Notes under the pieces: generated by a model | What the model was told of the DNA's origin: nothing | Seen by the model: only the letters and a program-made list of their open reading frames with translations | Databases searched by the model: none | Origin: Chitinophaga pinensis | GTDB lineage: Bacteria > Bacteroidota > Bacteroidia > Flavobacteriales > Flavobacteriaceae | NCBI GenBank assembly: GCA_943324545.2 | Contig: CALPMA020000001.1 | Coordinates: forward strand, 1-57,639 | Direction: 5' to 3' | DNA: 57,639 nt | In this document: piece after piece, positions 9,772-19,000 of the stretch | Layout: each line of letters opens with the position of its first letter | Position numbering within the stretch: position 1 is the first letter of the stretch | Position numbers and translations under genes: made by a program

Positions 9772-12700
9772 AATATTAAAATACTTTGGTTTAAATACAC
9801 CTCAATTAAAGTAATTTCATTAGTTCGGTTAAAAATTTTAATACTATCTTCTTTGTTTAATTCTAACAAATCAATAGTTTTTGTTTCTCCATTTTTATAG
9901 TTCAAAACAATTTTACTTGTTGTATGAATTTTATAAACAACTGGTACTTGACATGTTGTAAAAGCTAAGCTATTTTTCTTAAGATGAATATGATTTTTTG
10001 AACCGTCAACCATTATAAAAATAACATGGGTATCATTGGATAAAAACGCCTCTTTTTTTAGAAAGGTTGGCTGAAAATGTAATTTCCCATCTTTTACTTT
10101 TACACCAAATTCACCTATCTGCACTAGGATATCTTCTTTCACTTGACCTGTCATTCCAGGTTGTTGAGCACCTTTACCAAAAGGAGTATGTGAATAAGGA
10201 TCGGTTGGAAAAGCACCGTAGACTTTAGGCGATTTATGAATGCCAATTCCAGCTCCAATTTCATCAAAATGTTGCACTAAGGCTTTAACTGTTGTTTGGT
10301 CTTCATTAGAATCTATTGCTTTATTAATTACTTCTAAAACGGCTAAATGTAACTTAGAAACCATGTGCCAATAAATAGATCCCAAACCTTCATAACCATA
10401 AAAAGTTCCTGATCGACCTGTAAATGCCTTATGATTAAATACTTCTTCAAAAATTTGTAATACAAGATCAGTATCTTTATTTACTAACTCTTTTAAATCG
10501 TTATTTAATGCCAAATGTTCCAAAGCAATTTTTAAATCCGTGGCGTTATGGAAATTTCCATTAAAATGAAAATTTCCTTTAATATCTTTATTAATTAGTT
10601 GAAAATTAGAATGGCTTAAAAGCTGTTTCAATAAAGATGACTTTTCTATGCTTTCCTTTGGAATCGTATTTTTTTCTAAAAATTTAGGTAATTCTTTATT
10701 TGGATATAAAATATAGCTATTTTGATCTTTTCTGAACAAATTACTATTTCTTAGAGCGTCCAACACTTTAATTGATTGTTTTGCGGAAAGAAATCCAGAA
10801 CTTAAAATGGCAACTTGACCTTCTAACATTTCTGGTAAATAAGAAATTGAAATACCATTATTTTCAACAGACATTAAATTATAAGCATGAAAAAGATGAT
10901 CTTCTCTTTGGTTTGCTCTAATTGAATGTTCAATGAAATCAATACTAACTTGAGTAAAAATTTTCAAACCTTGCATAGAATGTGTTCTTTTTTTACCCCA
11001 AAATCCGTTATTATAAATATGAAATCTATATTCATAAGCTGCTTGGCCCAAAGAATCAAGTATTTTTTTTCTATCTTCATTTGAAATTGAACCTGATAAT
11101 AAGTAATGTTGGGAAAGTAAGCACTCTCTAATAGCATGGTAAAACTCAACCATTTCATTAGAAATTTTAATTGTTTCGAGGTTAGAATTATCTAAAAGTT
11201 GTTGAAAGAACTTTAAAAATCTTCTCAAATAATTAAGGGTAACCATAGAAACACCATTACCTACTAAAGCATTATTTGCATCATTCCATTCTGGTCTTTG
11301 GGTATTCATCCAAATACCTGCTTCTGGAATAAAGTTGGACATTTTAGCTAAAATAGTAGCTAATAATTTTTCTATTAAATTTACATGATATATATCTCCA
11401 TTATTATCTCTTAATAAGGCACCATCAGCTCCATTTTGCTTGCGTCGTTGATTGATTTTGGCATCCCATTCTTGATTAAATTCTATTGTATCTTTTGGGT
11501 TGATTAAAATGTCTTTATAAGGTTTTATATTGTAAGGAACCGCAGCATAAACAAAATACTCTTTATCAAAATAAGAATTTAGTTTTCCTGGTTGATAATT
11601 TTCTATAAATTCTAAAAACTTTAATAAATATATAATCTGATGATCACCCCAATAACCAATGTATGACCATGGGTTATCTGGCTCAATCGTTTCCCAATCA
11701 AATCCATCTTTTGTAACACGATAAGGATTATAGCCGTCAAAAGTTGATGCATTTAAAAACTTATGAATCATACCGACGATAAACTGTGGATAAGAGTTTG
11801 CTAATGCTTCCCAATTTTGGAAAATATCACGCCAATTTCCTTCATAATCTAATATTTTTGATCCGTCAATTTCACTTTTTGTATTAATTGAAAACTTATT
11901 CCATGGACGACTTGGATCACCATGTCTACGACTGAACTTTAATGGAAGATATTCCGTACAAAGTCGAATTAAATCCGAATTATTGAGATTAAAAATTAGT
12001 TGTTGAAGAAATGAATAATCAAAAGTATTTGGTAGGTTATTTAAAAAAACCTGTTCTTCTTTAAATAAAATTTTGTTTGCTTTAGCGATATAGTTTACAA
12101 AATCATTTTTCTCAATAGTATAATTGTTATCAAAAATACCACCTCGCATAATGTTAAACAGAACATTTGAAAAATGACGAGAATCTTTACGTTTATCTGC
12201 TGTAAATTTTAATCCATCAGCAGTTGCATTAAGTGCAATAAGATTTTGAGTACCTAAATCGATATCTTGAATAATTTGATTTTCAAGAGTTAGGTCGTTA
12301 GAAATTGAATCAGCAATTTGAAAAACTTGCGATTGGTTTTGGTTCACATTAGCTATTATTTTCCAAGTTTTAGTTGATTTTTTTTCTGAAACCAATTTTG
12401 TTGAAATGAAATAAGCTCCTTTTTCTCCTTTTATATCTGTTTCTTGATGTATTTCTTGAAATTTTCTAAATGCTGAAAGTTGAAGAGAGGAAAGTAAATA
12501 AATTGGCTTATCTAATCCCAAAGACCATACAATATTTGCTTTTAATGCTTCACTAGGTTCTGCTTTATCAACGATAATTGCACTTAAAGCAAAAATCCCT
12601 AAGCCACTATCCAAGTGAAGTTCATTTCTTTTATAGGCATCAACCAAATTACTAGTTGTAGCTTGTAAGTCACTATTAACTCCTTGAGGTAATATATTTT

Positions 12701-13244
12701 GAATTCCGTCTAAGATGTTTATATTGTAATTATTTTGAGAGTCGTTAATCAATTCTGATTTTTTAACGAAACCAAACAAATTACTAGAATTCCATTGGTA
12801 TCTAAATGTCAAATTAAAATCATTATGAATTTCTTCAAAAATAATTTTATTACCAAATTCATTCTTATATAGATTTCTAGTTAAATTATAGGTTTCATTA
12901 AAACGTTCAGAGAATGGTTCCCAAATATATTTCTCGTTGTTTTTTTCAATTTGAAAAATAGTTTTACTTCCTGTAATATCTGAAAATTCTGATATTTTAT
13001 CATCTGTGTAATAAGGAAAAAGGGCGAACTCAGCGTTTTTTCTACCAGCTGTTAATCCGCCATTACTTGAAATAAACATCCAGTGATTTGAATCACTTAC
13101 GATACTAATAAAAAAGGGGCGCATCAAATCATTATTAGTGATTTTAAAAAACATTTCATTATTGATGAAAACCGATTCTAATTTTATTTCTTTCTTATTA
13201 TTTACAAAAATATTTGTGTCAGATGTAAAGTTATTTTGGCCCAT
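9768..13244 (-). CDS. GH149 beta-1,3-glucan phosphorylase (cytoplasmic)
   Basis: 1158 aa with no signal peptide. FSRRHGDPSRPWNKFSI, YEGNWRDIFQNWEAL, WNDANNALVG, YEGLGSIYWHMVSKL and TDPYSHTP...QQPGMTGQVKED are motifs I recognise from GH149. Adjacent GH17/GH16/GH30 fit this call. Confidence 0.85.
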   Translation of the reverse strand: MGQNNFTSDTNIFVNNKKEIKLESVFINNEMFFKITNNDLMRPFFISIVSDSNHWMFISSNGGLTAGRKNAEFALFPYYTDDKISEFSDITGSKTIFQIEKNNEKYIWEPFSERFNETYNLTRNLYKNEFGNKIIFEEIHNDFNLTFRYQWNSSNLFGFVKKSELINDSQNNYNINILDGIQNILPQGVNSDLQATTSNLVDAYKRNELHLDSGLGIFALSAIIVDKAEPSEALKANIVWSLGLDKPIYLLSSLQLSAFRKFQEIHQETDIKGEKGAYFISTKLVSEKKSTKTWKIIANVNQNQSQVFQIADSISNDLTLENQIIQDIDLGTQNLIALNATADGLKFTADKRKDSRHFSNVLFNIMRGGIFDNNYTIEKNDFVNYIAKANKILFKEEQVFLNNLPNTFDYSFLQQLIFNLNNSDLIRLCTEYLPLKFSRRHGDPSRPWNKFSINTKSEIDGSKILDYEGNWRDIFQNWEALANSYPQFIVGMIHKFLNASTFDGYNPYRVTKDGFDWETIEPDNPWSYIGYWGDHQIIYLLKFLEFIENYQPGKLNSYFDKEYFVYAAVPYNIKPYKDILINPKDTIEFNQEWDAKINQRRKQNGADGALLRDNNGDIYHVNLIEKLLATILAKMSNFIPEAGIWMNTQRPEWNDANNALVGNGVSMVTLNYLRRFLKFFQQLLDNSNLETIKISNEMVEFYHAIRECLLSQHYLLSGSISNEDRKKILDSLGQAAYEYRFHIYNNGFWGKKRTHSMQGLKIFTQVSIDFIEHSIRANQREDHLFHAYNLMSVENNGISISYLPEMLEGQVAILSSGFLSAKQSIKVLDALRNSNLFRKDQNSYILYPNKELPKFLEKNTIPKESIEKSSLLKQLLSHSNFQLINKDIKGNFHFNGNFHNATDLKIALEHLALNNDLKELVNKDTDLVLQIFEEVFNHKAFTGRSGTFYGYEGLGSIYWHMVSKLHLAVLEVINKAIDSNEDQTTVKALVQHFDEIGAGIGIHKSPKVYGAFPTDPYSHTPFGKGAQQPGMTGQVKEDILVQIGEFGVKVKDGKLHFQPTFLKKEAFLSNDTHVIFIMVDGSKNHIHLKKNSLAFTTCQVPVVYKIHTTSKIVLNYKNGETKTIDLLELNKEDSIKIFNRTNEITLIEVYLNQSILIL

Positions 13245-13324
13245 AATTACTAGAATTTAATTGTATTTCTTAGTTGTATTTAGACATTAAATATTGTTTG
13301 TAATCCCTATTTTATTAAAAGAAA

Positions 13325-14137
13325 TTATTGGTAAACTCTAACATAATCTATTAACATTTCTTGTGGAAATGGGGTTTCACTATTTGGAGCACCTGGGTAA
13401 TTACCTCCTACAGCCATGTTTAGTATTATATAAAAAGGGTTGTTAAAAACCCAGTCACCAGTTACATTTGATGGGGTAATTTGATTATAAAGTACATCAT
13501 CAACATAAAAGTTAATATAATTTTGATCCCATTCTACGCCAAAAACATGGAAATCAGTATCAAATCTGCTATTTGGTAAAGTATACGTTTTTGTAATTGC
13601 ATTACCTCCCGAATAACCTGGACCATGAACAGTTCCAAACACTTTAGTTGGGCTATTTCCTAAATATTCCATAATATCAATTTCTCCACATTGAGGCCAA
13701 ATAGCTGTGTCAGAATTGGAGCCTAACATCCAAAAAGCAGGCCATAAACCTTTACCTCTAGGTAATTTTATTCTTGCTTCAATTCTGCCATACTTAGTTT
13801 CAAATTTACCTTTAGTTACTATACGGGCTGATGTAAAAGCTTCACCCATATATTGTTCTCTACGTGCAGTAATTTTTAAAACCCCATTTTCAACTATAAT
13901 ATTTTGAGCTCTGCTGGTGTAATATTGCAACTCGTTGTTTCCCCAACCATTACTACCTGTACCAATGTTATAAGTCCATAAATTAGGATTTGGAGCCCCA
14001 TTCACATTAAATTCATCACTCATTACTAAGGTGTTTTTAGTAACAACAGTTTGTTTATCATTATTAGTGCAACTATTTAATGAAAAAATAATAGCAGTAG
14101 TTATGATAATTTTGTTTATAATTTTATTAGAAATCAT
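13325..14137 (-). CDS. GH16 laminarinase-type endo-beta-1,3-glucanase, lipoprotein
   Basis: Lipobox LNSC; GWGNNELQYY, WPAFWMLG, WPQCGEIDIME, DYVRVYQ. Confidence 0.93.
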   Translation of the reverse strand: MISNKIINKIIITTAIIFSLNSCTNNDKQTVVTKNTLVMSDEFNVNGAPNPNLWTYNIGTGSNGWGNNELQYYTSRAQNIIVENGVLKITARREQYMGEAFTSARIVTKGKFETKYGRIEARIKLPRGKGLWPAFWMLGSNSDTAIWPQCGEIDIMEYLGNSPTKVFGTVHGPGYSGGNAITKTYTLPNSRFDTDFHVFGVEWDQNYINFYVDDVLYNQITPSNVTGDWVFNNPFYIILNMAVGGNYPGAPNSETPFPQEMLIDYVRVYQ

Positions 14138-14151
14138 CTTTTTATTTATTT

Positions 14152-15597
14152 TTAATTGTGAAAATATATATTATCTACATACAATATTGAATTATCCCCA
14201 CCTTCGAGAATAATTTGAGCTAGGTTTGATCTACTTAACAAACCAGGCATAGCAGAAAATGGAATTTCAATTGAAATCCAATTTTGAGATACCACAGCGG
14301 TAGAGGTTGTTGATGTAAATGTTGTAGAATGTCTAGTATCATCACCTCCACCAAAAACACCATTTGCGCCAAAATCAACTACTAGTACTCTTAATTGTCT
14401 ACCTGGCGCTATTTGTCCCGGAATAAAAGCATCTAAATGAATATGCGTCATACTATTTGCATTCACTGTTGGACTGCTAAACTCAATACCAACAAAATTA
14501 AAGTTGGTATAATTTAACACATTATCTCCCAAAACTGAAAAGTTATTAGATTCTGTAGTTTGCCATGGCTGCCAATACCCGTTATAATAATTAACAGGAA
14601 CATTAGTATATCTATCCGAGAATATGGAAATTACATTAGCTGGACTTAAAGTTGGTGTTGGTGCGTTAATATAACTACCTGAACAATTTATTGTCAAACT
14701 TCCTAATGCGGGTTGTCCGTTAAAAGTAGCCGTAATTACAGCAGTTCCTGCACTTATTGGTGTTACTACACCAGAATCATTAACAGTTGCTACAGCAGTA
14801 TTTGAGGACGTAAAATTTAAAAAAGCTGGACTAATATTAACCGATTGATTGATACCATTTGGCATATTAAAAGTGGTTAATACACCTGTTACAGTTGATG
14901 TTACACCTACAAATGTAGATCTAGTAATGTTATTACCATTCATTATTGAAGCTTGTAACGGCAAAATAGTACCTAACTTTTCAAATTTTAATTCATCAAT
15001 CCAAAACGTATATCCTGCGCCATTTGTACCTTGAGTACCCGCAGAATATCTAAACATCCCTTTTTCTTGCAATAATTTTGAAGCATCTGGAATTGGAATA
15101 ATGTATTTTGTCCAGGCTGTACCTAAGCTAATATTGGTCATTGTAGACATGTATTTATTAGGATAAAAATCTTCTCCAAAACCAATTTCTCCAATTGTTA
15201 CTCCTTGAGAGGCTTTAGCCCAAAAAGTAAGAGCATCATATCCAGTTAAATTTCTACCTGTCCCATCTACTCTTAAAATACCTCCAGCATAATTTCCCAG
15301 AGGATCGTTTGAATTAGGCACATCAAAACGCATTGAAGCATTACCCTTATAACTCACATTAGTATCTACTGACCAAGCACTAAATTTTGATCCAACTGGG
15401 TTATTAGCATCAGGTCCATAAGGAAAGTAAAAGTTAGTACCCATACCCACAGGGACATCTGTAAACACTTCAGCTGTTTTAGGAAATGTTGCATCTTGAG
15501 CTTCATCTGATAAATCTCTTTCACAATTCAAATTGACAAATGTAACAACTGTCAATAGGAAAATGTTTCTTAAATAATTAATTTTTCTATTTTTCAT
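14152..15597 (-). CDS. Putative surface glycan-binding lipoprotein (CBM-like, Ig-like Big_2, CBM-like)
   Basis: Lipobox NLNC followed by acidic ERDLSDE. Jelly-roll-like NLTGYDALTFWAKAS...FWIDELKFE. Big_2 FTSSNTAVATVNDSGVVTPISAGTAVITA. C-terminal APTP...VISIFSD...YVDNIYF module. No catalytic motif seen. Confidence 0.65.
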   Translation of the reverse strand: MKNRKINYLRNIFLLTVVTFVNLNCERDLSDEAQDATFPKTAEVFTDVPVGMGTNFYFPYGPDANNPVGSKFSAWSVDTNVSYKGNASMRFDVPNSNDPLGNYAGGILRVDGTGRNLTGYDALTFWAKASQGVTIGEIGFGEDFYPNKYMSTMTNISLGTAWTKYIIPIPDASKLLQEKGMFRYSAGTQGTNGAGYTFWIDELKFEKLGTILPLQASIMNGNNITRSTFVGVTSTVTGVLTTFNMPNGINQSVNISPAFLNFTSSNTAVATVNDSGVVTPISAGTAVITATFNGQPALGSLTINCSGSYINAPTPTLSPANVISIFSDRYTNVPVNYYNGYWQPWQTTESNNFSVLGDNVLNYTNFNFVGIEFSSPTVNANSMTHIHLDAFIPGQIAPGRQLRVLVVDFGANGVFGGGDDTRHSTTFTSTTSTAVVSQNWISIEIPFSAMPGLLSRSNLAQIILEGGDNSILYVDNIYFHN

Positions 15598-15612
15598 TTT
15601 TATTATTTTAAA

Positions 15613-18600
15613 TTATTTACCAATATTAATATGAATATATGTTCTAATTTCCCATTCTGAACCATTACCAAAACCAACTGGACTTAAAGCAGGCACTGCA
15701 GGATAGGTATTTGCAGGAACAAAAGTTGGAGAATATCTAGGAGAATATTGATTTAACGATCGCCAAATACCCATTAAACCAATTCTTGTATCTGGTAAAA
15801 TATTCCAGCTTGGTTTTCCTAAAGATGTTGAAACATCTAATTGAGATTGAAGTGGATAAGTTAAGTTAAAATCTCGGTGGTAATCAAAAGGTCCCCAATC
15901 ATTAAATTTAAGGGAAGAAACTAGTTTCACATTTTTGTATATCATTCTAATATCACCACCCATTCTATTTATTGTTCTTTCTGAATCTCCATTCGCTTGA
16001 CCGTTTCCAAAATAGATGTTTGCAATTAATCCTAAATCTGGACTAATTTTTGAAACAATTCTAGTATTAGATTCCCATAAGTTCTGCGCAGGAGCAGATT
16101 TAGCAAAAGCAAAAGGAGTTCTATTAGATAAAAATCCAATAGCAGCATCCATTGTTGTAGGTAATTTTCTATAAACAAAACCTGTACTAAATGCAAATTT
16201 TGCATCTTCAACCACATCATTATTCCATTCATACATCCATGTAGCTGGAGTTGGATCATATGTAATTAATAATTCTCCTCCTAATGTTTCTCTGTTTGCT
16301 CTAACAAAAAATGGATCATCTAAAACATTTCTAAGTCGTCCTGGAGCATTTACTCCATTTGGCATTGCTTCGACTAGAGGTCTTTGCCATAAAACATTTG
16401 GTGCTACTTGTAATTTAGAATTTATATTATAGGTAAAACCAGCTAAAAAATTCATTTGGTTACCACTCCCGGAATCTTTTAATCTCCAACCCGTAAAAGT
16501 TTGAACATTATCTGCTCCACCGGAAGCAACTAGACCCTGAACAGCACCTTGTGTATAAGCATTAAATTTTCCTTTGGAAAATGTAATCTTTGCTTTTCCT
16601 CCCCAGTTATCTTTAGTATTAATTTTGTCAACTTTAACATTATTTCCATCCATCATTTGAAATTCTCTTCCATTCAATGGCTGTCCTCCCCAAATACCTC
16701 CTGCATCTAAACCAAAAGCGCCTAGTTTTGTTTTAAAATGAACTGTAGCTCTTCTAGTTTTTGGAACTGGAAATGCAATTGATGAAACTGTTTCAGAAAT
16801 TTCAACTTGATTAATATCTTCGTGATACACTACAGTAGCATCAAATTTTCCTAATTTTGTTCCATATTTTAATAAATAAGCTGGATTTGCTCCCCACCAT
16901 AGTTGAGGTCCAAATGCTGCTTTAAATCCTTTAAGACTTCTTTTTCCATCAATTTCAAAACCAAGCGTTTCTCCATTATAGATATCAAGATTAGGTCCAT
17001 AATTAGCTTCAGAATATAGTGCAAAAAAATCACCTTCATAACCCCAATGATAATGACCTGTTCTATAAAAACCTTTTAAATCAAAATCTTTAGCATTCCA
17101 TTTATATGATGCATTATATACTTGAACTCTATTGAAGTCACTCACCACCATAGGTCCATTAGGGGTAGAAAAATTTTGAGTCCTACCTCTATTTTCATAA
17201 AAAATTTCATTAATAGGATTTTCAGCAACTCTACCTAAAACATTGAAATTTACATTTGCTTTCATATTGGCAGATGGATTTCCTTCAACACCAATAAAAT
17301 AAGATTGCATGTGATCAAAACCAAGTTTATTTGGATAATTTACAGTATTAGGATCATCTGAATTTGGAGTTGAAATTAAACTACCACCCGTATTAAAGGT
17401 GGTGAATTCAGCTCTAAGATTACTTATTTTTAAAATCCCACCATCATTGCCGGCCAATGCCGCTTTGTCTGCTCGAGCTCTAAGTGTTGCATCCATTAAA
17501 TTAGCTGAATCAAAAAGAGTTTTTAGTTTTTCTTTATCAGCATTTGCTGAAAATGGATTAAATTTATGAATATCTTTTAGGACATAATATGAAGCTCTGG
17601 GATATAATTGGTAAAAACCTTTTTCATTTGTTGGTCCTTTTGCACAAATTCCAAACCATTCTTCATTCATATTATTTTCACCTTCAATGAAATCTTTTTG
17701 ATAACCTCCATTTGACCATGAAGCATTATTATCATGTAAATCTAAATTAGAAGTTTGACCGTATTTCCACCAACCATCGCTAAATTGAAAAGTAAACCCA
17801 CCGATTGCATTTCCTGCTTTACCCATACCTGAAGCATTGTTATATATTTCATTCCAATTGCCTTTTAAATAAAAAGCTTGTGCGTTTTGATCTTCTTGAT
17901 TGGTTATAGCATTAAAGGAATCTGAACCAAATTCTGTAAATAGTAATGGCTTACCATATTCTTTTTTGACTCTTTCAAATAAATCTCCAAATGAAACACC
18001 TCTATACACGTTTGTTCCTAAAACATCAACATCTTTACATTCTTCTGCTATTATGTCAAGAAAAAGCAAATCTCCATTACAAATAGCCATTGGATGATTA
18101 GAGTCAATAGCTTTCATAGATACTACTGCTTCATTAAATAATTTATACATAGAACGAGCTCTAATTGTAGCTTTTCTATCTTTAACAGGTATATTTTCTG
18201 TTTCAGCTCCATCCCAAAACAAGCCATAATTATTTTCATTCCCTAAAAGAAATAACAATAGACCTTTGGTATCTTTATACTCTTGGGCCATTTGTTTAAC
18301 TTCATTTAGAAGAAGTTTCCTTGTTTTAGGATCTGAATATTCGGTGTTAGGTTTCCAAACACCATCTATAGTTAAACCGTATCTACCAAAAGAGTGATTT
18401 AACATGGTGTAGATACCAAAATTAGTGTTAATGTATTCAATCCATTTTTTAGGAATCCCAGAATAAACCCGTATCGTGTTTACACCCATATTTTTCAGCA
18501 AACCCATTTCGTCGTCAAGTGCTTGTTGAATAAAAGAATCGGTTTGATTCCATAGACTATAAGAATAATTAGTGCCAATTGGAAAATAATCCCAATTCAT

Positions 18601-18735
18601 TCCATTTATAATGAATTTTTTACCTTCAATAGTTATGCTATGATCGGAATCATTTTTTTGGATAGCAATTTTTTCTATTTGAGAAAAACTAGAAAGTGAA
18701 TTGCAGAAAATTAGTAAATAAAATAAATTTTTCAT
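15613..18735 (-). CDS. Clan GH-A glycoside hydrolase (GH2-TIM/GH158-like) fused to a predicted outer-membrane beta-barrel
   Basis: Signal peptide ending SFS-Q. Residues ~35-400 contain MGVNTIRVY, LGNENNY and LFTEFG (two catalytic Glu) and FQFSDGWWK. Residues ~430-1040 are amphipathic beta-hairpins with short turns, ending WEIRTYIHINIGK. Confidence 0.7.
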   Translation of the reverse strand: MKNLFYLLIFCNSLSSFSQIEKIAIQKNDSDHSITIEGKKFIINGMNWDYFPIGTNYSYSLWNQTDSFIQQALDDEMGLLKNMGVNTIRVYSGIPKKWIEYINTNFGIYTMLNHSFGRYGLTIDGVWKPNTEYSDPKTRKLLLNEVKQMAQEYKDTKGLLLFLLGNENNYGLFWDGAETENIPVKDRKATIRARSMYKLFNEAVVSMKAIDSNHPMAICNGDLLFLDIIAEECKDVDVLGTNVYRGVSFGDLFERVKKEYGKPLLFTEFGSDSFNAITNQEDQNAQAFYLKGNWNEIYNNASGMGKAGNAIGGFTFQFSDGWWKYGQTSNLDLHDNNASWSNGGYQKDFIEGENNMNEEWFGICAKGPTNEKGFYQLYPRASYYVLKDIHKFNPFSANADKEKLKTLFDSANLMDATLRARADKAALAGNDGGILKISNLRAEFTTFNTGGSLISTPNSDDPNTVNYPNKLGFDHMQSYFIGVEGNPSANMKANVNFNVLGRVAENPINEIFYENRGRTQNFSTPNGPMVVSDFNRVQVYNASYKWNAKDFDLKGFYRTGHYHWGYEGDFFALYSEANYGPNLDIYNGETLGFEIDGKRSLKGFKAAFGPQLWWGANPAYLLKYGTKLGKFDATVVYHEDINQVEISETVSSIAFPVPKTRRATVHFKTKLGAFGLDAGGIWGGQPLNGREFQMMDGNNVKVDKINTKDNWGGKAKITFSKGKFNAYTQGAVQGLVASGGADNVQTFTGWRLKDSGSGNQMNFLAGFTYNINSKLQVAPNVLWQRPLVEAMPNGVNAPGRLRNVLDDPFFVRANRETLGGELLITYDPTPATWMYEWNNDVVEDAKFAFSTGFVYRKLPTTMDAAIGFLSNRTPFAFAKSAPAQNLWESNTRIVSKISPDLGLIANIYFGNGQANGDSERTINRMGGDIRMIYKNVKLVSSLKFNDWGPFDYHRDFNLTYPLQSQLDVSTSLGKPSWNILPDTRIGLMGIWRSLNQYSPRYSPTFVPANTYPAVPALSPVGFGNGSEWEIRTYIHINIGK

Positions 18736-18794
18736 TTAAAGTACTAGATTAAATTAATGGTTAATTAAGGTTTAATAAATAATAATAATAAATT

Positions 18795-18977
18795 CAAAAA
18801 TACTGATGAAATTTCATTTAATAAAGAAAAAAAACCACAACAAAATACAGACATTATAAATAAATACTTGTATAGTTGTGAATTTATTGTTGAAACTCAA
18901 AATAAAAATAAGAAAAATAGGAAATTTTATACAATTTAAATTATGGAATTGTTAGTTTTGTTGAGTAAATGTATAGG
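18795..18977 (-). promoter_or_regulatory. Promoter (-7 TATTTTTG) of the glucan operon with two pairs of candidate operator octamers
   Basis: CAAAAATA at 18795-18802 (TAnnTTTG on minus). CCACAACA-aaa-TACAGACA at 18835-18853 and inverted pair TGTTGAGT-aaa-TGTATAGG at 18959-18977. Same layout recurs at 23294-23463. Confidence 0.5.
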
Positions 18978-19000
18978 TATTTTAATATGGAATTCAATTT

